From NCBI GenBank assembly GCA_965238005.1, contig OZ250165.1:1408001-1472000 (forward strand): a DNA stretch of 64,000 nt. The letters are read 5' to 3'. The DNA comes from Longimicrobiales bacterium (GTDB lineage Bacteria > Gemmatimonadota > Gemmatimonadetes > Longimicrobiales > Gaopeijiaceae). Position numbers and translations under genes: made by a program. The notes under the pieces were generated by a model. The model was not told the DNA's origin. It saw only the letters and a program-made list of their open reading frames with translations, and did not search any database. Below are positions 27,511 through 37,221 of the stretch, one piece after another. Within the stretch, counting starts at the first letter, position 1; the number at the start of each line of letters is the position of its first letter.

Positions 27511-29112
27511 GAGTCTGCGCCGCAGAACCCTGCGGCGGCTATCTTTGGTGGTAGCGAAGGCATTGGGAAGGCTTGCGGATCACCGAGGGGGGTGAATGGG
27601 AACGACATTTCGACCGTACGATCCGGAGCAGATGTTGTTGCTGCCTCCGGATCTTCGGGAGTGGGTGTCGGAGGGTCATTTGGCGCACCATGTGAGCGAC
27701 CTGGTGGACGCGGTGGAGCTGAGCGCGTTCTACGGGCGGTACCGGGGGGACGGGCGGCGCAACTCGCCGTACGACCCTCGGATGATGGTCAAGGTGCTGA
27801 TCTACGCGTATGCGACGGGCACCTTCTCGTCGCGGAAGATGGCGAGGAAGCTGGAGGAGGATGTCGCGTTTCGGATGCTGGCGGCGGAGAACTTCCCGAA
27901 GCACCGGACGCTGTGCGAGTTCCGCAAGCGCCATCTCGGGGATTTCCGGGCGGTGTTTGTGGAGGTGGTGATGCTCGCGCGGGCCTTGGGGCTGGCGGGG
28001 CTTGGCAGGGTGTCGGTGGACGGGACGAAGGTTCGGGCGAACGCGAACAAGCGCAAGGCGATGAGCTACGGCCGGATGGTGACCGGGGAGCCTCGGCTGG
28101 AGGCGGAGATCCGGGGGCTGTTGGAGAGGGCCGAGGCGGTGGACGAAGCGGAAGACGAGCGCTACGGCGAGGAAGCATGCGGAGACGAGGTGCCGGAGGA
28201 GCTCAAGCGGCGCGAGGACCGGCTGGCGGCGATCCGGGAGGCGAAGGCGCGCCTGGAAGCCGAGCAGAGAGCGGCGGACGACGCACGGGGCCGCAAGCCG
28301 GGGCAGACGCGCAACCCGAAGGGCGGCAGGCCCTACAAGCGGGAGTACGGAGAGCCGGACGAGGCGGCGCAGAGCAACTTCACGGACCCTGAGAGCCGGA
28401 TCATGAAGACGAGTTCGGAGGGGTTCCAGCAGTGCTACAACGCACAGACGGTCGTGGAGGGGGAGAACCAGCTGGTGGTCGGGGCCGAGGTGACGGACAA
28501 CGCGAGCGACCAGGGCCAGCTGGTGCCCATGGTCGACGCGGTGGCGCAAGCGTACGGCGAGACGCCGGCGCAGGTGCTGGCGGACACGGGCTATTGCAAC
28601 GAGCGGGATCTCGAGGAACTGGAAGAGCGAGACATCGACGGGTATGTGGCGCTGGCCCGGGAGGGCAAGGCCGCCCCCACGGTTGACAAGGAGGAATATC
28701 CGGCGAAAGTCCGCATGGCGGAGAAGCTGGCGAGCGAAGATGGCCGCAGACGCTACGCACGGCGAAAGTCGCAGGCCGAGGCGCCCATCGGCTGGATCAA
28801 GGAAGTGATGGGCTTTCGACGATTCAGCTTCCGGGGCCTCGAGAAGGTCCGGGCCGAGTGGACCCTCGTGTGCCTGGCACTCAATGTGAAGCGGCTGCAC
28901 ACCCTTCAGGCGGCATGACTGCACGAGGGTTCACCCGCATCTGCCGGCGCGAGGGCTCTCGTAGCTCTCTTGCCCCCCCCAACGCATCCATTCCGCTCTC
29001 CCGATCCGTCGCAGACACAAGTCCTCAACCTCCCAATCACCCGGATCCGCCTCGCCGCGGACGGCTCGATGACCATTCGGCTCAGTCAGCTGTGCTTCTG
29101 CGGCGCAGACTC
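27511..29112 (+). mobile_element. IS1182-family insertion sequence, copy 2 (1602 bp), inverted relative to copy 1
   Basis: Same TIRs, with CTAG at 27507-27510 and 29113-29116. Transposase and overlapping-frame translations are identical to copy 1. The visible difference is a C8 vs C7 run near 28973. Confidence 0.95.
27596..28918 (+). CDS. IS1182-family DDE transposase
   Basis: Protein identical to 20378..21700. Confidence 0.95.
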   Translation: MGTTFRPYDPEQMLLLPPDLREWVSEGHLAHHVSDLVDAVELSAFYGRYRGDGRRNSPYDPRMMVKVLIYAYATGTFSSRKMARKLEEDVAFRMLAAENFPKHRTLCEFRKRHLGDFRAVFVEVVMLARALGLAGLGRVSVDGTKVRANANKRKAMSYGRMVTGEPRLEAEIRGLLERAEAVDEAEDERYGEEACGDEVPEELKRREDRLAAIREAKARLEAEQRAADDARGRKPGQTRNPKGGRPYKREYGEPDEAAQSNFTDPESRIMKTSSEGFQQCYNAQTVVEGENQLVVGAEVTDNASDQGQLVPMVDAVAQAYGETPAQVLADTGYCNERDLEELEERDIDGYVALAREGKAAPTVDKEEYPAKVRMAEKLASEDGRRRYARRKSQAEAPIGWIKEVMGFRRFSFRGLEKVRAEWTLVCLALNVKRLHTLQAA

Positions 29113-29116
29113 CTAG

Positions 29117-29294
29117 TGTCCCGTTACCAAAGTGTCTCGGCCAGTCGAGGGCACGGTGCATCCGCGGGCTCGGCGTTGGGACTCCTTGCGACCACGCTTC
29201 GCGCGGTGCCCGCTTGGGCTACGCCGCGTGGTCCCGCCTTGATCCCACGGCGCCCCGTCCCTGTTGGTGGCTCGCGAACTTTGGCAACGGGACA
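29117..29294. mobile_element. MITE-like element family A, copy 3 (178 bp), abutting IS1182
   Basis: TIR tgtcccgttaccaaagt / actttggcaacgggaca, with CTAG on both sides (29113, 29295). Confidence 0.93.
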
Positions 29295-29313
29295 CTAGGG
29301 ACCGCCCCCGCCC

Positions 29314-30189
29314 ATGCCCAAAGGGGAGCTGGCCAGCCGGTTGATCGTCGCCGCCATCGGAATTCCGATGGCGGTGATGATCATCTACTGGGGCGGCTGG
29401 TATCTGGGCATTCTCATGGCCGCGGCCTCGGGTCTCTCGGCCAGTGAGTATTACTCGATCACGGCGAAGCGGGGATCGAGGCCGTTGGGGTGGCTCGGGA
29501 TCCCAGTCGCAGCAGTCCTGCCGCTCATCGCGACGGCTTACCCGAGCTACCGCGATTTCGCTCAGGTGGCCTTAGGCCTGGTGGTCGCCGCCACGTTGCT
29601 GGCACTAGCTCTGGTCCTCTGGCAGCGCTGGCCGGAAGGCCAGCCCCTCACCGCCGCCGCGACCACCATCGGTGGAGCGCTCTATACGGGGGGCACGCTG
29701 TCCTTTTGGATCCTGCTTCGAGCCCTCCCGGAGCAGAGCTCCGACGCCGCCACCGCCTTTCACGGCGCCGTCCTCCTCATCTTCCCGATCTGGGTCACCT
29801 GGCTCGGGGACAGCTTCGCGTACGGGCTCGGAACCCGCTTCGGCAAGTCCAAGCTCATCGAGGCCGTGAGTCCGAAGAAGACCGTTGTGGGAGCTTTGGG
29901 AGGTCTCGGAGGCTCGGTCGCGGTCGGAGCTCTGTATTCATGGCTCTGGCTCTCCGCTGTCCCGGTGTACGGCCTTTCCATGGTGGGCGCTGCCGGTGTG
30001 AGTGCCCTCATCGCGCCGGTAGGCCAGGTGGGCGACCTAGCCGAGTCGGTCATAAAGCGTGAGGCAGGTGTGAAGGACTCCAGCCACCTGCTCCCGGGAC
30101 ACGGCGGAGTCCTCGATCGGCTGGATGCGCTGTATTTCACTGTGCCCTTCACCTACGGGCTCCTGATCCTGATTCGGCACTGGTCGTGA
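29314..30189 (+). CDS. cdsA: Phosphatidate cytidylyltransferase
   Basis: SPKKTVVG, GDLAESVIKREAGVKDS..LPGHGGVLDRLD. Confidence 0.96.
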   Translation: MPKGELASRLIVAAIGIPMAVMIIYWGGWYLGILMAAASGLSASEYYSITAKRGSRPLGWLGIPVAAVLPLIATAYPSYRDFAQVALGLVVAATLLALALVLWQRWPEGQPLTAAATTIGGALYTGGTLSFWILLRALPEQSSDAATAFHGAVLLIFPIWVTWLGDSFAYGLGTRFGKSKLIEAVSPKKTVVGALGGLGGSVAVGALYSWLWLSAVPVYGLSMVGAAGVSALIAPVGQVGDLAESVIKREAGVKDSSHLLPGHGGVLDRLDALYFTVPFTYGLLILIRHWS

Positions 30190-31352
30190 TACGCGTCGTC
30201 ATCCTGGGGTCGACGGGCTCCATCGGTCGCGCCACGCTTTCGGTGGTTAAGCGCCACCCGGACCGCTTCCGTGTTGTGGCTCTGTGCGCCCATCGATCGG
30301 TCGCCCGGCTCGCTGCCCAGGTCGCCGAGCACGAGGTTCCGATGGCCGTGCTCGCCGATCCGGAAGCTCTCACAGACAGGGCGAATCTCCCACCCGCAGA
30401 CTGGAGAGCGGGCCCGGAGGAGGTGCTGGAGTTGGTCACCGATCCCGAGGTCGACGTGGTGGTAAACGCCATCGTCGGCTCGGTGGGGCTGCAGGCCACT
30501 CTCGCCGCCCTCCGAGCGGGCAAGCGCCTGGCCCTCGCGAACAAAGAATCACTGGTGGCCGGCGGTCCCCTGGTCATGGAGGCCGCCCGCAAGGGTGGTG
30601 GTGAGCTGATCCCCATCGACAGCGAGCACTCGGCGATCTTACAATGCTTGGAGGGATACGATTTGTCGTCGGTGGCTCGTTTGGTGCTCACGGCGTCGGG
30701 AGGGCCCTTCCGGGGCTTCAGTCGCGAGGAGCTGGAGGGCGTCAGACCTAGCCAGGCGCTCCGCCACCCCACCTGGGACATGGGCGCCAAGATCACCATT
30801 GACTCGGCCACTCTGGCCAACAAGGCCCTGGAGGTCATCGAGGCCCACTTCCTCTACGACATTGGGTACGAACGGATCGACGTGGTGGTACATCCCCAGT
30901 CGGTCGTCCACTCCTTCGTCGAGTTCACCGACGGCTCGGTGTTGGCCCAACTGGGCTTCCCGACCATGGAGCTCCCTATTCTGTACGCGCTGTCCCACCC
31001 CGAGCGTGTCGGAGATCCCGCGCTCAGGACGTTCGACCCGATTCGATCGTCCCCCCTCACCTTCGAGGAAGTCGATGTCGAGCGCTTCGGGCTCTTCGCT
31101 CTCGGCGTCGAAGCGGGTGTACGTGGGGGCACCGTCCCTGCGGTCTACAACGCGGCAAACGAAATAGCGGTAGATTCGTTTCTGACGGAGAAAGTGGGAT
31201 TCCTGGAGATGGCCGACGTGGTCGCCCACGCCATGGACCACGTGCCCCGACGGAACGTCGAGGTGGTGAGTGACGTAGTGAAGGCAGACGCGGCCGCCCG
31301 AGCGGCGGCTCGCGAGTTCGTTGCCTCGTCCCGGTCCATGGCCAGTGGGTGA
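30186..31352 (+). CDS. dxr: 1-deoxy-D-xylulose 5-phosphate reductoisomerase
   Basis: LGSTGSIG, LANKESLV, PIDSEHSA, LTASGGPF, HPTWDMGAKITIDSAT. Confidence 0.97.
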   Translation: MIRVVILGSTGSIGRATLSVVKRHPDRFRVVALCAHRSVARLAAQVAEHEVPMAVLADPEALTDRANLPPADWRAGPEEVLELVTDPEVDVVVNAIVGSVGLQATLAALRAGKRLALANKESLVAGGPLVMEAARKGGGELIPIDSEHSAILQCLEGYDLSSVARLVLTASGGPFRGFSREELEGVRPSQALRHPTWDMGAKITIDSATLANKALEVIEAHFLYDIGYERIDVVVHPQSVVHSFVEFTDGSVLAQLGFPTMELPILYALSHPERVGDPALRTFDPIRSSPLTFEEVDVERFGLFALGVEAGVRGGTVPAVYNAANEIAVDSFLTEKVGFLEMADVVAHAMDHVPRRNVEVVSDVVKADAAARAAAREFVASSRSMASG

Positions 31353-31421
31353 TTCGTATGCGGGTGGCGGCGTGAGCACCGCTGGGCGTGAGACGCCCAC
31401 GAGAGGGATATTGGAGACGGA

Positions 31422-32780
31422 ATGACGATCCTGGCGACCATTGTCGTACTTGGCGTCCTCATCTTTGTCCACGAGCTGGGGCACTTCCTTGCGGCCAAGG
31501 CCGTGGGCGTGGAGGTGCAGCGGTTCTCCATCGGTCTGGGCCCCGCGATCTTCGGCTTCCAGAAAGGTGAGACCGAGTACGTGGTGAGCTGGATCCCCCT
31601 CGGCGGCTACGTGAAGATGGGGGGGATGGACGACGATGTCATAGAGCGTATGGAGGGTGGGCCGGTGAAGGAGCCCCGGAAGCCCTCGTCCCGCGACTTC
31701 GACGGGAAGCCCATCTGGGCCAGGACCATTGTGATCTCGGCCGGCGTCGTCATGAACATGGCCTTTGCATTCGCGGTCTACTTCACCGTAAACGCCGTGT
31801 GGGGTATGGCCGAGAACGCTGAGCAACGGATCGCCCGCGTGGAGGCCCGACTTCTGCCCGAAGGAACCGAAGCCCTCGCCGAGCTACCAGAGGGTTCTCG
31901 GCTCGTTCGAGTGGGTGAGAGGGAAGTCGAACATTCGGGCGACATTCGCGACGGCATCCTGGAGGCGCCCGCCGGACCGCTCGAGGTGATCGCCGAGGAG
32001 CCTGCCGCTGCGATCTCCATCGACCTGGGCACCGACCCCGATGTTCGGGTTCAGCTCGTGCGCGCCCTCCGCCTGTGGGTCGAGCCGGAGGTGGGCTATG
32101 TCAATTCGGGCTCACCGGCGGACACGGGAGGGCTCGAGGCCGGCGACCGGATCTTGACGGCCAACGGTGTGCCGATCACCCACTGGTACGATTTCGTGGA
32201 CGTCATCGAGTCCAGACCCGGCATGCGCACCGAGCTGTCGCTTGGGCGGCGGGGCCGGCCTCTGACGCGCTACGTCACGCCCGACGAGGAGACCCATGAT
32301 GATCCTTTGACCGGCGAGACGGTCCGGGTCGGGAAGGTGGGCATCTACCCGCCCCGGTCGGAGCTATCGTACCAGCCGGTGTCCATTGCACAGGCGATCC
32401 GGCTCGGGTGGGCCGAGACAATTGGCATAAGCGCTCTGATTCTCGATTTCCTGCGGGACCTGGTGACGGGTGGGGTCTCGCCGCGATCCTTAGGGAGTAT
32501 CGTCACCATCGGCGCAGCGTCTGGCCAGGCGGCGCAGATGGGACTCGAGACGTTCCTGCGGTTCATGGCGCTCTTCTCGGTGAATCTGGCCATCCTCAAC
32601 CTCCTGCCCATTCCGATTTTGGACGGCGGGCATCTGGTCTTCTTGGGGATCGAAGCCGTGCGGGGCAAGGCGCTGTCGGTTGAGCAGCGCCTACGTTGGA
32701 GCCACGTCGGCTTCCTGATTGTCATGGGGATCATGCTCTGGGCACTCTCCAACGACATTCTCAGGCTCTTCGGCTTCTAG
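31422..32780 (+). CDS. rseP: RIP metalloprotease RseP
   Basis: HELGH, IPLGGYVKM, PDZ domain, NLLPIPILDGG. Confidence 0.96.
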   Translation: MTILATIVVLGVLIFVHELGHFLAAKAVGVEVQRFSIGLGPAIFGFQKGETEYVVSWIPLGGYVKMGGMDDDVIERMEGGPVKEPRKPSSRDFDGKPIWARTIVISAGVVMNMAFAFAVYFTVNAVWGMAENAEQRIARVEARLLPEGTEALAELPEGSRLVRVGEREVEHSGDIRDGILEAPAGPLEVIAEEPAAAISIDLGTDPDVRVQLVRALRLWVEPEVGYVNSGSPADTGGLEAGDRILTANGVPITHWYDFVDVIESRPGMRTELSLGRRGRPLTRYVTPDEETHDDPLTGETVRVGKVGIYPPRSELSYQPVSIAQAIRLGWAETIGISALILDFLRDLVTGGVSPRSLGSIVTIGAASGQAAQMGLETFLRFMALFSVNLAILNLLPIPILDGGHLVFLGIEAVRGKALSVEQRLRWSHVGFLIVMGIMLWALSNDILRLFGF

Positions 32781-32808
32781 TGTCCCCCCCCATTACTCGG
32801 CCAGGCTC

Positions 32809-33630
32809 CTAAAGCAACGTCAGCTGTGCGGGTCCGGTGCGGCGCCGCAGCTCCTCGATGTCGATGAACTCGGTCGGCCGTCCCTGAGGAGCCACTCCCA
32901 GGAAGCCTTCGTAACCGGCGGCCCGTAGGGCATCTCCTACCACGGCTTCCGCCAGTTCGGGACGATTGCACTCCTGCGAGAGGTGAGCCAGGAGTACGCC
33001 GGCGAGCCTCGGATGGAGCAGCTCGCAAGCGAACCGTGCGGCGGCGTGGTTCGAGAGATGCCCGTGGCTCGAGGCGATGCGCTGCTGGACCGCCCAAGGA
33101 TAGGGTCCTGTCCGGAGCAGCTCCTCGTCGTGATTGGCCTCAAGGATCAGGAAGTCGGCGCCGGACAGCGCCAGGCGGATCTGGGCGTTCGGCCTCCCCA
33201 GGTCAGTGGCTACCCCGACCCGGGTCTCCGTCGTCGCGTCGACCAGGGCCACCGCCACCGGATCCGCCGCATCGTGAACCGTGAGGAACGGCTCGACACG
33301 GATGGATCCGACCTCGAAGTGCCGTCCCGCACGGTAGGTGACGGTTGGCTCTGTCCCACGGAAGACCCGCGAGCAGGCCTCCTGGGTGCGCTCTGTCACG
33401 TAGACGGGCGTCCCGTGCCGGCGGCTGAACACACCGGCGCCCCTGGTATGATCACCGTGGTCGTGGCTGATGACGATGGCGTCGATGGCCTCAGGGGGCA
33501 GACCGACCTGGGAGAGGCGTCGCTCCAGGTCACGCCCGCTGAAGCCGGCGTCGACCAGCACACGGGTCTCACCCGCTTCCACCAACGTCGCGTTGCCGCC
33601 GCTCCCGGTTCCGAGGACGCAGACCCTCAC
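32809..33630 (-). CDS. MBL-fold metallo-hydrolase (YycJ/WalJ-like)
   Basis: GTGSGGN, SHDHGDH, ATDLG, LEANHD, GHLSN, AHLSQECN. Confidence 0.9.
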   Translation of the reverse strand: MRVCVLGTGSGGNATLVEAGETRVLVDAGFSGRDLERRLSQVGLPPEAIDAIVISHDHGDHTRGAGVFSRRHGTPVYVTERTQEACSRVFRGTEPTVTYRAGRHFEVGSIRVEPFLTVHDAADPVAVALVDATTETRVGVATDLGRPNAQIRLALSGADFLILEANHDEELLRTGPYPWAVQQRIASSHGHLSNHAAARFACELLHPRLAGVLLAHLSQECNRPELAEAVVGDALRAAGYEGFLGVAPQGRPTEFIDIEELRRRTGPAQLTLL

Positions 33631-33739
33631 GAGCCCGCATCTGACCCACGCCTTTCGGCGCGGGTGCCCCGGATCGGGCGCTTCGGCCCTCTCGGTGCGT
33701 AACCATACTCATGTTCGGGCGCACTAGCCCGGGCGAGCT

Positions 33740-34948
33740 TCACGAGCGATCCGACCGCGTTCTCTCCCATGCGTTTATCAAGAGCGTACGGGCTCCTTCG
33801 GCAAGAGGCATATTTCGGCGACCCATGGCCCGCTCAACCACCTCGAGGAAGCGGTCGAGATCGTACTCTTCGAGCGTGTCGCCCGACCCCCAGGTGAAGG
33901 GGGGTACGTACTTGGGGGACATGAGTCCACCGAACAGGTTGCTGCCGGTACCTACGACGCTGCCGGTGGAGAGCAGCGTGCCGATCCCGGTCTTGGCGTG
34001 ATCTCCGATCAGACAACCGACCTTCATGAGGCCTGTGTCCACCAGGCCCCCGGCGGTAGGCACCCGCACGGTACTGTAGTTGTTCTTGAGGTCGCTGTTG
34101 GTGGTGAAGGCGCCCAGGTTCACCCACTTCCCCACATAGGAGTGACCCAGATACCCGTCGTGGGCCTTGTTGGAGTATCCCAGCACCACGGAGCTGGCCA
34201 CTTCGCCGCGGACCTTGCAGACCGGGCCGATGCTGACGTTCTGGAACGCCCCGCCGAGCATCTGAGTCCCGGGGCCCACGAAGGCAGGACCGGCTAGTCG
34301 CGTGAAAGCCAGCACGTGGACGTCGTCAGAGAGACGGATCGGTCCGTCTGTGGCGTCCAGATGTACGCCGGCCTCGAGCCTCACGCCGGAGCCCACCGAG
34401 ATCCGCTCGGCTCCCGAGCAGTGAACGCCCTCGGGCAGCGTGAAGCGGCTTTCGGGGAAGATGGTGGGGATGTCCTGACGGATCTGCCCGCCGTTCCCGG
34501 CCATCAGCTCCCAGGGCTCCCCGAGAACTTGTCCCCGTACCTCCACAAGAGGCGCTTCCAGCGTCGAAGACTCAGGGTCGAGAAAGTCGCTCTCTCCGAG
34601 CGAAACGTCGTCGGGTGGCACCATCCACCCCACGGTCTGGCCGTCGATGACCAACCTGGCCGGGGCGTCGGTGGGAGGCGTGGAGTCGAGGTCGGGAACC
34701 GCTCGACTCGAGAAGAAGATCAGCGGCTCGTCGCCTGCGGCGGCCGCATCGAGGACCGGTGGGGAACCGACCTCGTCGAATCCGGTGAGAGCCGGATCCA
34801 CCAGCTGCCCAGCGCATTGCCTGCCCCAGAATCTTTCCGCTCGCTCGCGCAGGAGCAGGCAGCCGAAGAGGAGCTCTCCCGTGGGTCTGGTGGTGGCGAA
34901 CGGCGTCCAACTCCGGGCACGCGCATCGTCGAAGAGGTAGAGACTCAT
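33740..34948 (-). CDS. GlmU-like putative sugar nucleotidyltransferase with left-handed beta-helix
   Basis: PFATTRP..L.FG at the N-terminus, hexapeptide repeats, NKAHDGYLGHSYVGKWVNLGA..TNSDLKNNY. Confidence 0.8.
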   Translation of the reverse strand: MSLYLFDDARARSWTPFATTRPTGELLFGCLLLRERAERFWGRQCAGQLVDPALTGFDEVGSPPVLDAAAAGDEPLIFFSSRAVPDLDSTPPTDAPARLVIDGQTVGWMVPPDDVSLGESDFLDPESSTLEAPLVEVRGQVLGEPWELMAGNGGQIRQDIPTIFPESRFTLPEGVHCSGAERISVGSGVRLEAGVHLDATDGPIRLSDDVHVLAFTRLAGPAFVGPGTQMLGGAFQNVSIGPVCKVRGEVASSVVLGYSNKAHDGYLGHSYVGKWVNLGAFTTNSDLKNNYSTVRVPTAGGLVDTGLMKVGCLIGDHAKTGIGTLLSTGSVVGTGSNLFGGLMSPKYVPPFTWGSGDTLEEYDLDRFLEVVERAMGRRNMPLAEGARTLLINAWERTRSDRS

Positions 34949-36120
34949 CAGCCGGCTTCCTCCGGGGGGCGGGTCTCGTCCGGCAGGCCGGCCTCGTCCG
35001 AGAGGGCTCCCCCGGCAAGGACTCCTCCATCCGCAAGGCTCGCTCCCCCCCGGAGCTCCGGGGGAAGCTGGTCCAGGAGGTCCTTTAGGGTGGGTGCGAG
35101 CTCTCTACGCGTCACCAGGGTCACCTCCCCGGACTGGACGATAACGAGATCCTCCACTCCGTAGGCCACCACGGTGCCCTCGGGGGAGTAGACCACGTTC
35201 CGCGAGCTCTCGACCATGTGCCCGCTCCCAATGATCACGTTGCCCTTTTCGCCGGGTTCCTGGCTGCGCATCAGCGCCTCCCAGCTACCTACGTCATCCC
35301 ACTCGAATGTCGCGGCGACGGATGCCACGCGCCCGCTCCGCTCGAGCACCGCCACGTCGACGGTCATGACCGGAGCCCGGGCGAAGAAATCGTGGACCCT
35401 GTCCTCCTCCAAGAGAGGAAGGAGATCGGCGATCTCCGGTGCGACGGCCTCCAACTCCTCCAGGAAGGTCGAGGCTCTCCACAGGAAGATACCACTGTTC
35501 CATAGATGGCCAGCCGCCACACACGACTCCGCCGTCTCCTGGTCCGGTTTTTCCTGGAAAGACGCCACGCGGAAGGCGCGGATCCCGTCGGAGGCCTCGA
35601 TGGTTTCGCCAGGCTCGATATACCCGTATCCCGTCTCCGGGCGAGTCGGTGGGACCGCCACCGTGAAGAGCAGATCCTCTCGGCCCGCTAGGGCTGCCGC
35701 GGCGTGAATCAGATCCACGAAGCTGGACTCCGGCCGGATCATGTGATCGGCGTGGAGGGAGATCAAGACGGCCTGGGGATCCTGCCTGGCCATCTCCCAG
35801 GCCACCCATGCCAGCACCGGTGCCGTGCCTCGAGTCTGCGGCTCGATCATCAGCCCGTCGTCACTCAGGTCGGGCAGAACTTCCTTTAGGGCACGTGCGA
35901 GCTTCGCGCTAGTCAGGATGCGGATCCTGTCATCGGATACGACCCGTCGGGCCCTCGCGAGGGTGTCGACGATGAGGGGCTCGGACGAGGCGAGTGGGAG
36001 CAGTTGTTTGGGCCTCGCGGGAGTGCTTGCGGGCCAGAATCGACTTCCGACTCCTCCCGCCAGAATCGTGATGTAGAGGTGGGGATCAGGATCCCTGGAG
36101 GATCTCGTTGATTCGGGCAA
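34948..36120 (-). CDS. manC: Mannose-1-phosphate guanylyltransferase
   Basis: ILAGGVGSRFWPAS..PKQLL, PETGYGYI, FQEKPD, WNSGIF, WDDVGSW. Probable TTG start at 36120 overlaps the upstream gene. Confidence 0.9.
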   Translation of the reverse strand: MPESTRSSRDPDPHLYITILAGGVGSRFWPASTPARPKQLLPLASSEPLIVDTLARARRVVSDDRIRILTSAKLARALKEVLPDLSDDGLMIEPQTRGTAPVLAWVAWEMARQDPQAVLISLHADHMIRPESSFVDLIHAAAALAGREDLLFTVAVPPTRPETGYGYIEPGETIEASDGIRAFRVASFQEKPDQETAESCVAAGHLWNSGIFLWRASTFLEELEAVAPEIADLLPLLEEDRVHDFFARAPVMTVDVAVLERSGRVASVAATFEWDDVGSWEALMRSQEPGEKGNVIIGSGHMVESSRNVVYSPEGTVVAYGVEDLVIVQSGEVTLVTRRELAPTLKDLLDQLPPELRGGASLADGGVLAGGALSDEAGLPDETRPPEEAG

Positions 36121-36487
36121 GGAGCTTCTTGGGGCTGAAGGGCTTGGTGAGGAAGTCGTTCGCTCCGAGGGAGAATGCGTGCTCGCGGTCCGCATCCTGT
36201 CCCTTGGCCGTGAGGATGACAACGGGTGTGGACTTACGATGCTCAAGCTCGCGGAGGTGGCTGAGTACCTCCAGGCCGGTGGCCCCGGGCATCATGATGT
36301 CCAGGAGGATCAGGTCGTAGCGCGCATCACCCTCGAGGGCCTTGATGGCCGCCGTGCCGTCGGGCTGGGTATCAACGTGGAAGGCGGCTGTCTCGAGAAG
36401 TGTCTGCAGGATACGCCGAATATGGGGCTCGTCATCGGCCACCAGGATGTGCCCGCGTCGGGCAGGGGATTTAGCAGCCTTCGGCAT
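36086..36487 (-). CDS. Single-domain response regulator
   Basis: ILVADDE, LLDIMMP, LTAKG, FLTKPFSP. Confidence 0.93.
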   Translation of the reverse strand: MPKAAKSPARRGHILVADDEPHIRRILQTLLETAAFHVDTQPDGTAAIKALEGDARYDLILLDIMMPGATGLEVLSHLRELEHRKSTPVVILTAKGQDADREHAFSLGANDFLTKPFSPKKLLARINEILQGS

Positions 36488-36635
36488 CGATTTCGGCTCC
36501 TCCCTGAGGCGATCTCGGGGCGGGAACCTACCCGCTAAATGGTGTAGAAGTCAAGGAACGTCAGGTACTTGCAGGGTTGACGCCCTCGAGTCACTTCGGG
36601 TAGCCTTGGGCCTCAATTTCAACCCAAAATTGCGT

Positions 36636-37220
36636 GTGAACAGGTACATCCTCCCTAGATTTGCGACCATCGGCGTCGCTGCGATCGCTGTGAGTTTCGG
36701 GCTGGCCGCATGTGCAGGGGAAAACCCCTTCGACATCGGGTGGACCCAGATCCCCGACACGGCGCTGCTCTACTCTCTCGCCCGCCCCGAGCTGAACCTC
36801 CCATCGGCGTTCGACTTCCACGGCAGGGTTGCACGGATCGTCGAGTCGCCGAGTTCTACAGGTCTCTGGGACGTCATTCTCGACACGCAGGACGACAAGC
36901 TGGTCTTCCTGCTTCCGGAAGTCCTCGGAATCCCTAGCGAGGCCAGGATCATCGAGCTTCCCGGCCTGAGCTTCGACGACGTGCGCAAGGCTCCGGCCGA
37001 CACGACCGCCTACACGAAAGACGAGGCCGTCCCCCTGGCGTTAGGCTCGGTTTACGTGATCCAAACGAACCTGGCCTCGGATCGGTTCGGCTTCAGTTGC
37101 GTCTTCTACGCTAAGATGGAAGCCCTGGAGATCGATGTGCCGTTGGGCACGTTACGGTTCGTCTACGACGCGAATCCCAATTGCGGCAGCCGGGACCTCA
37201 TCCCTCCGGACGAAGACTGA
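36636..37220 (+). CDS. Hypothetical lipoprotein
   Basis: Signal peptide with lipobox LAAC; ends 1 nt before serS. Confidence 0.75.
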   Translation: MNRYILPRFATIGVAAIAVSFGLAACAGENPFDIGWTQIPDTALLYSLARPELNLPSAFDFHGRVARIVESPSSTGLWDVILDTQDDKLVFLLPEVLGIPSEARIIELPGLSFDDVRKAPADTTAYTKDEAVPLALGSVYVIQTNLASDRFGFSCVFYAKMEALEIDVPLGTLRFVYDANPNCGSRDLIPPDED

Positions 37221-37221
37221 C

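Noticed and set aside
36086..36120. Frameshifted response regulator-ManC fusion
   Set aside because: Both proteins are complete, a TTG start with a 35-bp overlap explains it, and no slippery site is evident.
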